IMG/VR virus record: IMGVR_UViG_3300030330_002743
Coordinates: 1 to 36,564 of that record
Length of the DNA stretch: 36,564 nucleotides
Source: a virus
Taxonomy: Duplodnaviria > Caudoviricetes
Reading direction: 5' to 3' (one strand)
Part shown: piece by piece, positions 6,334 through 13,904 of the stretch
Numbering within the stretch: position 1 is the stretch's first letter
How the letters are laid out: the number at the start of each line of letters is the position of its first letter
The notes under the pieces: generated by a model
What the model saw: the letters and a program-made list of their open reading frames with translations, nothing else
Told to the model about the DNA's origin: nothing
Databases searched by the model: none
Position numbers and translations under genes: made by a program

Positions 6334-6823
6334 AGATGAGCTTCTGGATGGTGACGAGATTGGTTGGACAGGCATAGCGGTTTTGCTTGTAACCGATGTA
6401 CCGCCGATCTTCCGTCTCAATGACCTCCCACGATGAGAAGGTCTCTTTGACGTTGATCACAGCAACGTATGTCCTGCTTTTGTTGACAATGAAGTAGTAC
6501 GAAGGCGGCTGGGCCTTGTACTTCTCAAACGCATGAACAGCGCATACAAAAAACGTTGAGAACCGATGCGGCCTGACATCAGTGAAATCACTGGTGTTGG
6601 TCGTCTTGACCTCAACGATCAGACGCTTGCCGTTGTGTTCAAAGAAAAGATCACCCTTGTCTTGATTGTCTCCAATTTGACTCAGGCTGGAAGCAACTTT
6701 GAACGGCGGGATATACACCCCATAACCTTGACGGTGCAGATGGTGTGCAACCAGAAATACATCCTTTGTTGACTGACGAAGATGGTTTTTAAACCTTTCG
6801 TGATTGATTTGGCCTACATCCAT
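6326..6823 (-). CDS. putative PD-(D/E)XK-fold nuclease
   Basis: DKGDL...IVEVK catalytic-type motif. Confidence 0.6.
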   Translation of the reverse strand: MDVGQINHERFKNHLRQSTKDVFLVAHHLHRQGYGVYIPPFKVASSLSQIGDNQDKGDLFFEHNGKRLIVEVKTTNTSDFTDVRPHRFSTFFVCAVHAFEKYKAQPPSYYFIVNKSRTYVAVINVKETFSSWEVIETEDRRYIGYKQNRYACPTNLVTIQKLIYE

Positions 6824-7443
6824 CAGAACAGCTCGTTGATGATGTTGTTTTCCTGCGCCTCCTGCTCCAGCCGCTCAGCAGTGAAGTCACGGTATGCAGG
6901 GTGCTTTGTCTCAGGCTCAGCGGCCTTCTTGGCAGGCTGCATGTTCTCGTAGTTAGACAGCTCAATGCCTTTCCACTTGCCCGACTCAGCCCTGCCTAGC
7001 TGCTCCTCTACAACATCCTTTCCGTACTTGTCCAAGAACTTCAGCAGGTTGTTCATCAAGCGGTTCCACGCAGTGTCGCTTTTGCTCCCCTGCTTGACCC
7101 GCCAGTACGCGTCAATCGCACCTTTAAAAGGCTTCAGAGGTTCCGGATACCCCTTCTTAGGGGTTTCCCTCTGCACTCCCTTCCCGACATCTTCCCCACG
7201 AACAAAAGAGGGAGAAGAAGTTTTTTCAACAGCCGTTTGAGTGATTTTTACGCACTCATCACGCTGAATGACATGTACTTCTTTGTTTCCCGCATGCGCA
7301 GGGCACGGCGCTAACTTAGCCACCCTGTCAAGCTCTGCAGCTATCAAGTCAAGACAAAAACTAGAAAGCATCTTGTGGACTGGCTTTTCAGCCATCAACT
7401 TGTCGTGAAACTCATCTGGGACAACGAGATTGATGCGCTTCAT
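6823..7443 (-). CDS. putative replication/DNA-binding protein with N-terminal ribbon-helix-helix
   Basis: MKRINLVVPDEFHDKL (RHH-like) and a C-terminal domain with YWRVKQGSKSDTAW...WKGI; first gene of the leftward early operon. Confidence 0.55.
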   Translation of the reverse strand: MKRINLVVPDEFHDKLMAEKPVHKMLSSFCLDLIAAELDRVAKLAPCPAHAGNKEVHVIQRDECVKITQTAVEKTSSPSFVRGEDVGKGVQRETPKKGYPEPLKPFKGAIDAYWRVKQGSKSDTAWNRLMNNLLKFLDKYGKDVVEEQLGRAESGKWKGIELSNYENMQPAKKAAEPETKHPAYRDFTAERLEQEAQENNIINELF

Positions 7444-7488
7444 ACCGTGGAACATGGACGACGTGATGCTGCCACCGTGTAACACGGT
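7444..7488. promoter_or_regulatory. paired palindromic operator-like sites
   Basis: Perfect ACCGTGT-A-ACACGGT (7474-7488) and variant ACCGTGGAACATGGA (7444-7458) in the divergent intergenic region. Confidence 0.5.
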
Positions 7489-7524
7489 TCGCAACCTCAA
7501 CCAGAAGAAAATGTGGCAAGGGGG

Positions 7525-7552
7525 TTGACCTTTCCTCCTCAGTGCCTAAGCT
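7525..7552 (+). promoter_or_regulatory. putative sigma70-type promoter for the rightward operon
   Basis: TTGACC-N16-TAAGCT upstream of the ORF at 7577. Confidence 0.5.
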
Positions 7553-7576
7553 CTGCACGTCCTCACAGCACACCCC

Positions 7577-8200
7577 TTGGATCTTCCTTATCTGAAGGGC
7601 GCTCTGACCAAGGACGACCTCCGTCGTAAAGACAAATTTGACTATCTCCCGTGGGCCAAGTGCCTACAGATCGTCAATGAAAAAGCTCCTGGCTGGATGC
7701 CAGAACGTGGTGAGATCTGCCATGCCGCAGATACATCCGTCTGGATTCAAGTCCGCTGGGTTCATGTCAGCGGCGAGGCCAAAACTCCTTGGTTTGATTA
7801 CGCTCTCCGCGACTTCCGTAACAAGGCTGTTTTGGCAGACAAAGCAACAGCTAAAGCGATCTGCGACGCCTCCCGTCGTGCTTACTGTGCTTCTGCTGCT
7901 GCCTTCTTCTCACTCAACTACGAAACGTATGTTGACGAGGAGTTTGAGCCACAGGAAGATGCACCGGCCCCACGAGCATCAGCAACAACGACATCAGCCG
8001 ACGTTGGACCTTCCGTTGAGGAAGTGCAAGGCGTTCTGATTGATCTGCTGGCTAAAGCTGATGCTGGCAAGGTCTCCACTTACCTGGACATGCGGGCTAA
8101 GAAATTTGGCCTGACTAAACAGGTGCGCGGTAGCTGGATTGCTGCGATGTCCATTGATCAATTGCAAATTTGTATTGATGAACTCAACGCGGCCAAGTAA
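7577..8200 (+). CDS. single-strand annealing protein (Sak/DUF1071, Rad52-like)
   Basis: DYLPWA...DFRNKAV...ICDASRRAYCA-A-FF-L pattern typical of Sak-type recombinases; a partner exonuclease is nearby. Confidence 0.7.
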   Translation: MDLPYLKGALTKDDLRRKDKFDYLPWAKCLQIVNEKAPGWMPERGEICHAADTSVWIQVRWVHVSGEAKTPWFDYALRDFRNKAVLADKATAKAICDASRRAYCASAAAFFSLNYETYVDEEFEPQEDAPAPRASATTTSADVGPSVEEVQGVLIDLLAKADAGKVSTYLDMRAKKFGLTKQVRGSWIAAMSIDQLQICIDELNAAK

Positions 8201-8360
8201 AGAGCCCAAGGTGCGCATTACCTTGATGCTTGACGCTGACGCTCTTCCTTATGTGGAGAACGAAGTTCAGCGGCGCTACTCCGATCCAGACAAGCGCGTT
8301 ACCAAGTCAAGTCTGATCAACGAAATTATCCGCGCTCACTACGAGATCCTTCATGGCTGA
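8178..8360 (+). CDS. small ribbon-helix-helix-like DNA-binding protein
   Basis: KVRITLMLD...TKSSLINEIIRAHY. Confidence 0.6.
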   Translation: MNSTRPSKEPKVRITLMLDADALPYVENEVQRRYSDPDKRVTKSSLINEIIRAHYEILHG

Positions 8361-8709
8361 CTACAACCCTGCTCTGTCGCTGCCTGTCTCTTGGACCGTC
8401 AAGGACAACACCTATGACGACAAGGACAAGAACCCCAAGACCCTGTCATTGTTCGTGCCGCTTGAAGCTGCTCATCAATTTGCACAGCATTTGATGAATC
8501 TGGCTGACAGCACTGAGAAGCACAAGCAAGGCAAAGCTTGGGATTACAGCGCCAACGAAGCGCGTGAAGTGTCTGGCTTCTACATCAACGCCAAGGGCAA
8601 GTCCGGCAAGTACGGCGACTTTGGCAACATCAATCCTGCCAAGGTTGAAACGCCCTGCAGCACCGGCAACTGCCCAGTGCCTAGCTCTAACAGCGAGCTG
8701 CCCTTCTGA
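8353..8709 (+). CDS. hypothetical protein, possibly ssDNA-binding
   Basis: Follows the annealase and ends in the SSB-like tail SELPF. Confidence 0.6.
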   Translation: MADYNPALSLPVSWTVKDNTYDDKDKNPKTLSLFVPLEAAHQFAQHLMNLADSTEKHKQGKAWDYSANEAREVSGFYINAKGKSGKYGDFGNINPAKVETPCSTGNCPVPSSNSELPF

Positions 8710-8710
8710 T

Positions 8711-8907
8711 GTTTGGGGCAGGGGCGTTAGCTTATCGCGCCAGATGAATGCTGCCGTAGTTAGATCTTGGATACTGCTCGGGCCATGCGGTATCTCACAC
8801 CAAGGTCGGCTCAGAATAGGTGGGCGTCGTCCCCTGCTGGTGGTGCCGAGGGTCGCTGATTCCCTTTCATAGGCCAGTGGACAAGCATTCTCCGTAAGTC
8901 CCCAAAC
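8711..8907 (+). ncRNA. candidate ~200-nt structured RNA
   Basis: Closing stem GTTTGGGG/CCCCAAAC plus nested stems GAATGCT/AGCATTC, GATCTTGG/CCAAGGTC, ATACTGC/GCGGTAT, GTCC/GGAC, CTGG/CCAG and GAGGG/CCCTT. Confidence 0.6.
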
Positions 8908-8929
8908 TTTTCTCTCCCATCTCTCTCTC

Positions 8930-9124
8930 ATGAAAAGGATTCATCGTGACCATCTGCCTCAAGGAGCAAAGACCGTCAGTGGCAAGCGCGGCGGTCAGTA
9001 TTACATCAACGAAAACGGGGAAAAGGTCTATATCACTTCAAGCACTCGCCAGCCCCAGAGATCTTTTAAAGCCAAGAGGGGTGCCTTCTTACGCTGGTTG
9101 GAGTCCCAAAATGAAGTCAACTGA
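8930..9124 (+). CDS. hypothetical protein (basic; GKRGGQYYINENGEKVY motif)
   Basis: ATG after a CT-rich leader; the G-x-RGG-x-YY-x-N-x-x-G-x-K-x-Y pattern resembles PBCV-type basic adaptor domains. Confidence 0.7.
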   Translation: MKRIHRDHLPQGAKTVSGKRGGQYYINENGEKVYITSSTRQPQRSFKAKRGAFLRWLESQNEVN

Positions 9125-9266
9125 TATCGCTAACAAGGTGCGTGAGGTGGCTCGTCGCTATCCCGAACTGCACCCGTACACCATCTCTTTGAAGATGGAG
9201 GTTTTGTTTGGCATCAAGATTGGGGCCAAGCGAATCAAGCAGATTCTTAATGGAGAGGAGTCATGA
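9111..9266 (+). CDS. hypothetical protein (MKSTDIANKVREV...)
   Basis: ATG at 9111 with GGAG upstream; stop overlaps the next ATG (ATGA). Confidence 0.65.
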   Translation: MKSTDIANKVREVARRYPELHPYTISLKMEVLFGIKIGAKRIKQILNGEES

Positions 9267-9715
9267 GCTACGGCTACGATTCAGAAAATGCCTTCAGCGA
9301 GATGTCGGCCAGCACTCAGTTCACATTTACTGAGGGGCATATCCGTCTTCTCATTTGGATGTGTGATCAACAAGCAGAGGTCCTTGAGAACTGCTTTGAC
9401 GAAGCACTTAAAAACAATGAAGACCCGTCTGATGTCGTCCTGAACTGCAGGGAGGGCGTCTACGAGTTGAAATGTTGGGCATTGAGGTTGCTAGAGCAGC
9501 TTGAATACCCAGAAGATGATGAAATGGAGGACGAGGACGAAGACCTTACCGAAGATGAACTCGCACTACAGGAGTTTAGGCAAGATCTCATACTCAAATC
9601 GCAGGTACATAGAGCTGCTGAAGGACGAGAAGAGCGGCCAGGTCCACTACAGAAGCTGCGGGTATGGGTACTGTCTGTACTCGTACGACTTCTTGCAGGC
9701 GATGGCAAAGCTTGA
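9263..9715 (+). CDS. acidic hypothetical protein
   Basis: Strong RBS GAGGAG; 150 aa with an acidic tract. Confidence 0.7.
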   Translation: MSYGYDSENAFSEMSASTQFTFTEGHIRLLIWMCDQQAEVLENCFDEALKNNEDPSDVVLNCREGVYELKCWALRLLEQLEYPEDDEMEDEDEDLTEDELALQEFRQDLILKSQVHRAAEGREERPGPLQKLRVWVLSVLVRLLAGDGKA

Positions 9716-9734
9716 GCACCTCAATGGTGGTTAG
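9555..9734 (+). CDS. small hypothetical protein overlapping the previous gene
   Basis: MNSHYRS...YIELL...YRSCGYGYCLYSYDFLQA; protein-like motif in an alternate frame. Confidence 0.45.
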   Translation: MNSHYRSLGKISYSNRRYIELLKDEKSGQVHYRSCGYGYCLYSYDFLQAMAKLEHLNGG

Positions 9735-9936
9735 CCAAGTTGTCAGCGGCTTCCTTGACCATGAAGCCTGTCATGCCCTTCTGTAGATAGAACATCTCCA
9801 AGAGCTGATGGCTCATCTCGTGCAACGAGTTGATGTCCCCCATATCCCAATACTGATTGAGCGCACGTTTGATGCGCTCTTTTTGTAGCTGGTCCTCAAC
9901 GCTGAACTCAACAAGATTGGGCTTGTTGTCTTGCAT
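9721..9936 (-). CDS. hypothetical protein
   Basis: 71-aa helical ORF with ATG start. Confidence 0.7.
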   Translation of the reverse strand: MQDNKPNLVEFSVEDQLQKERIKRALNQYWDMGDINSLHEMSHQLLEMFYLQKGMTGFMVKEAADNLANHH

Positions 9937-10090
9937 GTTCCGCAGCCTCCACAGCTCGGGAATGTGTGTCGTAACAGCCTTCTAGGTAATTAACTACTCC
10001 GTTAATAATGTACCAACTTCTGAAGTAACCACCACCGTAATTTACTAACGTCGCACCAACATCATTCATCTTTTCTGCAGGAGGATTCAT
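9908..10090 (-). CDS. hypothetical protein (MNPPAEKMNDVGA...)
   Basis: 3' part of ORF 9908..10324 that does not overlap the HNH gene. Confidence 0.5.
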   Translation of the reverse strand: MNPPAEKMNDVGATLVNYGGGYFRSWYIINGVVNYLEGCYDTHSRAVEAAEHARQQAQSC

Positions 10091-10153
10091 TTGGCATTCC
10101 AACCGATTCGCATCTCTCATTCTGCGTAGACTTTGCTTATCTGGGTAGGGCTT

Positions 10154-10618
10154 ATGGGCTCTTGGATTGATGAGATTTATTTCGTCGGGAAGCGTCAGTC
10201 CAAGAAGCGATTCAGGAGGCAGATCTACAGCGCGTGGGGTGACAGGTGCGCTTACTGCGGAGAAGTTGCTAGAAGTCTTGATCACGTCATGCCTAGACAT
10301 AACGGCGGATTGACTGTTATGCAAAACTTAATACCTGCGTGTTTACATTGCAATGGGAATAAGGGTTCGCAGGATTGGGTTGTTTGGTATAGAAAACAAT
10401 CTTGGTATTCAATAGAACGAGAAACACTTATTTGGCTCTGGATTACGCAGTTTGATACTTCAGCGCACGATGGTGTGCCGCATCAGCCAATCTCTTGCCG
10501 ATTCAGGCCGGTAGAACATAGCGATCTTCTCCTCGCTGATTGCGACGTAGACAGGCCGTCCCTTGAGGACGGTTTTTTTGATGCTGGGTTTTTTGATGAG
10601 TTCCATCAGGCCGCTTAA
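10154..10618 (+). CDS. HNH endonuclease
   Basis: CAYCG...LDHVMPRHNGG...NLIPACLHCNGNKG; ATG at 10154. Confidence 0.88.
   Translation: MGSWIDEIYFVGKRQSKKRFRRQIYSAWGDRCAYCGEVARSLDHVMPRHNGGLTVMQNLIPACLHCNGNKGSQDWVVWYRKQSWYSIERETLIWLWITQFDTSAHDGVPHQPISCRFRPVEHSDLLLADCDVDRPSLEDGFFDAGFFDEFHQAA
10460..10606 (-). CDS. small hypothetical protein antisense to the HNH C-terminus
   Basis: Hand-translated 48 aa: MELIKKPSIKKTVLKGRPVYVAISEEKIAMFYRPESARDWLMRHTIVR, downstream of dcd on the same strand. Confidence 0.45.
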   Translation of the reverse strand: MELIKKPSIKKTVLKGRPVYVAISEEKIAMFYRPESARDWLMRHTIVR

Positions 10619-10661
10619 TTGGTATCTAATGATACGAGATCAAGCGACCTTAGGATGTTCG

Positions 10662-11177
10662 CTACGCCACTGACGGCATCACGCGATCGTGGTCAAGGTA
10701 GTGCCCCGTCTCTGCATAAGACTTAACTGGTACTTGGCTCATATGATGAAATACGATCTGCCCAATGCGCATGCCCTTGTACAGCGGCAGTTCGTGGTAT
10801 TTCCGGATGTTTTTGATCTCAAGGGTAAGGCGACCTCGGTAGCCAGGATCAATCCAACCGGCAAGAAGATGCTGATAGCCCTCGCGAGCACGCGAACTTT
10901 TGAGAACGAACTGAGCTGAGAGCCGATCTGGTATGCGGAACTTTTCAAAGGTTTCTGCAAGAACGAACTCCCCTGCTTTCAGCAGATACGGGTTCTCTTC
11001 TGTGTACTCCGAGATGTCAATCAACCTGAGATCGGACTCGTGCGGCCTCTCAACCATCAAGTTTTTGCCCAGCCTCACGTCAATAGAGGCAGGGTTGATG
11101 AATTCCATTGAAAACGGGGAGACAGCACCTCCGCCATTGCACAGCGTGCGAATCTCCCAGTCGCAAAGAACCGACAT
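10662..11177 (-). CDS. dcd: dCTP deaminase
   Basis: INPASIDVRLG, KSSRAREG, AGWIDPGYRGRLTLE and GMRIGQIVF motifs. Confidence 0.92.
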   Translation of the reverse strand: MSVLCDWEIRTLCNGGGAVSPFSMEFINPASIDVRLGKNLMVERPHESDLRLIDISEYTEENPYLLKAGEFVLAETFEKFRIPDRLSAQFVLKSSRAREGYQHLLAGWIDPGYRGRLTLEIKNIRKYHELPLYKGMRIGQIVFHHMSQVPVKSYAETGHYLDHDRVMPSVA

Positions 11178-11198
11178 TCAGTCCAAGAAAAACCGAGC

Positions 11199-11375
11199 CT
11201 AGTCGGTCAGTCCAGGGCTGTTCTGCAGGAGCAGCCGTTCTATGTATGCGACGGCTACGTCGTCTACTTGATTGTCAGTTTGCTTGCTCAGCGTGCGGAG
11301 ACTCTCAACAATAAATTCCTTTGCTGCCTTGGAGTTGATGAAACGCAGAAGGATTGGCTTGAGGAGTAGAAACAT
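11199..11375 (-). CDS. small hypothetical protein (TDNQVDD motif)
   Basis: Hand-translated 58 aa: MFLLLKPILLRFINSKAAKEFIVESLRTLSKQTDNQVDDVAVAYIERLL... Confidence 0.7.
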   Translation of the reverse strand: MFLLLKPILLRFINSKAAKEFIVESLRTLSKQTDNQVDDVAVAYIERLLLQNSPGLTD

Positions 11376-11417
11376 GATTTGTGAGGCCTACCATGTTTAC
11401 GGTAGCTCTGTGACGCA

Positions 11418-11687
11418 ATGGCTGACCATAATGACGAGCACGACGAAAAAGAGGGGCATTGTATCGCTGACATCATCAAGGCCTCTGTGCTGATCTGGAG
11501 CGCAACGCTTTTAACCGTTTCGTATCTGAACCTTGTTCCATCTATGAAGATGGACAGTACTTTCATTGCCAGCCTGCTGACAGGATCCATGGCCTCGTTC
11601 GGGGTCAATATCAAAAGCGGCAATGGAAATGGCAATGCCAAGAAAAAGCCAGATGTCAAGACTGACTCAAACGTCGGTATCAAATAG
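11418..11687 (+). CDS. two-TM membrane protein (holin-like topology)
   Basis: Two hydrophobic helices and a charged C-terminal tail. Confidence 0.7.
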   Translation: MADHNDEHDEKEGHCIADIIKASVLIWSATLLTVSYLNLVPSMKMDSTFIASLLTGSMASFGVNIKSGNGNGNAKKKPDVKTDSNVGIK

Positions 11688-11714
11688 CATTGAAGGGCTG
11701 CTTCCATTGAGCCG

Positions 11715-12068
11715 ATGAAAGCCCTTCTTTTATTGCTTCTGCTGCCTGCGAGCGTTTCGGCTCAAAGCATTTCTCCGCGCTTCACCTCTGCAACCGTCAA
11801 CGCGACGACCACCACGACGCAGACGATTGACGAGACCGTTGCGCATGAGATCTACGGGGCAGCCGTAAACACTTGGTCTGGCACTAACGTCAAGCCAAGC
11901 AGTGCTGACATTCAGAACAGCTCCACGACATGGGACATCGTCACAGAGGGCGAGGACTTCAATCTGGAAATCACCAGCAGAACGGCAGGGATCATAGAAA
12001 CGATAGATATAGAGCGCACCATAGAAACCGAGTCCACTACTACTACGCTCTCTGTCTTTGCGCAGTAA
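11715..12068 (+). CDS. secreted Thr-rich hypothetical protein
   Basis: Clear signal peptide MKALLLLLLLPASVSA; beta-rich, Thr-rich mature part. Confidence 0.75.
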   Translation: MKALLLLLLLPASVSAQSISPRFTSATVNATTTTTQTIDETVAHEIYGAAVNTWSGTNVKPSSADIQNSSTTWDIVTEGEDFNLEITSRTAGIIETIDIERTIETESTTTTLSVFAQ

Positions 12069-12670
12069 GTCTTGGTAGTGCTGTTAATGCAGCAGAGGTC
12101 AGCAACATTGCTGGCCCACAAGCTGCTGCAACGAGCAATAACACCAACACCTCAATGCAGTTCAATAACAACGGTGCGCCATCTAGGCAGCACATGGGCA
12201 AGGGGGTGTCTTGCAATGGTCCCACGCTAAATGTGACCCCTTTCTATCTAGGCTCAGAAACGCACACCGACAGCTACACAAGATCAGGCAATTTCGGCAT
12301 TCAAATTGGCATAGCAGCGCCACTGGATGGATCTATCAGTGAGATGTGCAAGGAGCTTGCCCGCCAACGCATTTACAAGGAGAAACTTGATTCACTGCTA
12401 GTCAGAGCCAAAGAATGCGCAGCTCTTTATGACCTTGGCTACATGTTTGACCCTAAGAGTGAGCTTGCTTCTCTTTGTTCCGGCGTAGTCTCAATCGCTG
12501 CCTACCAAAAGTTTCAGGCGCAGGACGACCCCGTAGCTTTGCAAGACGCTTCATACCAATCTTCAAAACAGGCTTTAGAAGCTGAACGAGCCGCTTTAAA
12601 AGCGTTGATGCAAGAAGTGTCCCAGCAACAGCAGCAACAGACGAAGCCCCAGCCGTCACAACAGCAGTAG
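11930..12670 (+). CDS. secreted/envelope hypothetical protein
   Basis: Signal-like ALCLCAVSLGSAVNA followed by GVSCNGPTLNVTPFYLG; start uncertain. Confidence 0.65.
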   Translation: MGHRHRGRGLQSGNHQQNGRDHRNDRYRAHHRNRVHYYYALCLCAVSLGSAVNAAEVSNIAGPQAAATSNNTNTSMQFNNNGAPSRQHMGKGVSCNGPTLNVTPFYLGSETHTDSYTRSGNFGIQIGIAAPLDGSISEMCKELARQRIYKEKLDSLLVRAKECAALYDLGYMFDPKSELASLCSGVVSIAAYQKFQAQDDPVALQDASYQSSKQALEAERAALKALMQEVSQQQQQQTKPQPSQQQ

Positions 12671-13001
12671 ATAATATCTCCTGTCTTGGGACTGGAATTG
12701 TTATGTCAGTTCCCGGTAGCGTGAACTCAGTTACTTCTTTGAACTGTGGGACGTTCTGCGGCACTTGGATGCCTTGCGGCTTCTTTGGTGTTAGGCGTTG
12801 GAGGGTTTCTTGCTTTTGCTCATCTAGCTCCTCTTGTTCTGCTTGAATCTGCTGCCTCATCTGCTTTGCGGAGGGCAAAACCAGACCTCGTCCCTGAGGA
12901 ATTTGCAGTTCCAATGCCGGTAGATCAGCTTCAACGGGAAGTTGAGGATTTCTTGGAATCCCCCATGCAGGGACCACTGGAACCTGTGGAACCTCAATCA
13001 T
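12453..13001 (-). CDS. Pro-rich membrane hypothetical protein
   Basis: Pro-rich N-terminus, hydrophobic TAVVTAGASSVAAVAGTLLA and basic C-terminus. Confidence 0.7.
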   Translation of the reverse strand: MIEVPQVPVVPAWGIPRNPQLPVEADLPALELQIPQGRGLVLPSAKQMRQQIQAEQEELDEQKQETLQRLTPKKPQGIQVPQNVPQFKEVTEFTLPGTDITIPVPRQEILSTAVVTAGASSVAAVAGTLLASTLLKRLVQLLKPVLKIGMKRLAKLRGRPAPETFGRQRLRLRRNKEKQAHS

Positions 13002-13040
13002 GCCCGCCCTGCATCGGATACATCAAACCTTATATCCAAT

Positions 13041-13076
13041 AAAAAAAAGCCCTCCTGAGCTACAAAAGGAGGGCTT
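13041..13076 (-). terminator. rho-independent terminator
   Basis: AAGCCCTCCT/AGGAGGGCTT stem with a T run on the minus strand, downstream of 13098..13445. Confidence 0.8.
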
Positions 13077-13097
13077 GTATAAGGCTAATTACCTTTC

Positions 13098-13445
13098 TCA
13101 GAATGCGTACTTGCTTCCGAGCTTGATGCCATAACCAGCATCAACATCCTTGAACTTGGCGTAGCTGGCCTCGGTGTACAGGCTCATCTTTTCGCTGACA
13201 TTGGCGGACACGCCGGTCTTGCCAGAGAAGCCCCACTCACTGTCAACGGTGTCGTTTGACAGAGCAGGACCTGCTTGGATGTACCAAGGGCCTTCTTCCC
13301 AGCCAACGTGCAGTTCCAGTGAAGATCCGGCGAACTTTGAGCCGGAAAATCCAGCGTTGTACTCCGGATTCAAGTACACGCTTTGTGCCATTGCGCTGGT
13401 GCCGGTCAGTGCCAAAGCACCAACCAAGGAAAGTTGTTTAAGCAT
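13098..13445 (-). CDS. small outer-membrane beta-barrel-like protein
   Basis: Signal peptide, amphipathic beta strands and C-terminal G-x-K-Y-x-F beta-signal. Confidence 0.75.
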   Translation of the reverse strand: MLKQLSLVGALALTGTSAMAQSVYLNPEYNAGFSGSKFAGSSLELHVGWEEGPWYIQAGPALSNDTVDSEWGFSGKTGVSANVSEKMSLYTEASYAKFKDVDAGYGIKLGSKYAF

Positions 13446-13594
13446 TGTGGTGGGAAAACCTTGGCCCGTTATAGGGGATCCTGCCTGCCAGCAAGTATTG
13501 CAATGGCACGCTTGTAAAACAGGCTGTCGGTCTTCCCCGCCTTTTCTAACATTTCTTTAATCAACCGCCAGTTGTTAAGAGTGGCTTTGTCCAT

Positions 13595-13702
13595 TCACCG
13601 GCCTTGACCTCTATATCGCTTTTTACCCTTTTTTGGCAGTGAATGCCGCCCTGATCCTTGACGTGTTTTTTTGGGCTTACCTTCTACAAAGGTCAAACCC
13701 AT
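13595..13702 (-). CDS. small basic protein (YRGQGR C-terminus)
   Basis: Hand-translated 35 aa: MGLTFVEGKPKKTRQGSGRHSLPKKGKKRYRGQGR. Confidence 0.65.
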   Translation of the reverse strand: MGLTFVEGKPKKTRQGSGRHSLPKKGKKRYRGQGR

Positions 13703-13709
13703 AGCGGAC

Positions 13710-13904
13710 TTAGGTTTCGCCATTTACGGAGTCAAGTTGCTGGTATTTAAGGGCAAGACCCGTGTAATGACCATGTTGTGGATGCGCCTTGTCGTGACGC
13801 CCGTCAAATCGGTAAAGGGTCTCAATCCATTTTTGACGATTTGCCATGCAGACAATATCTTCTGCGCCTGGCTTGCAGGGAATCATCGGGTCAGGTCGTT
13901 GCAT
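13710..13904 (-). CDS. hypothetical protein (DGRH...HPQHGHYTGL)
   Basis: 64-aa ORF coupled to the upstream microgene. Confidence 0.7.
   Translation of the reverse strand: MQRPDPMIPCKPGAEDIVCMANRQKWIETLYRFDGRHDKAHPQHGHYTGLALKYQQLDSVNGET

Noticed and set aside
8446-8931. ORFs 8446..8931 (-) and 8564..8872 (+) as genes
   Set aside because: They overlap a better gene and the structured intergenic element; the sequences are not protein-like and have no credible start.
12620-12670. Poly-Gln tract as a functional repeat
   Set aside because: Explained by antisense overlap with the Ala/Val-rich TM segment of 12453..13001.
13541-13580. Pho box upstream of the beta-barrel gene
   Set aside because: Only two weak TAAC/TAAT half-sites 11 bp apart; not enough to call.
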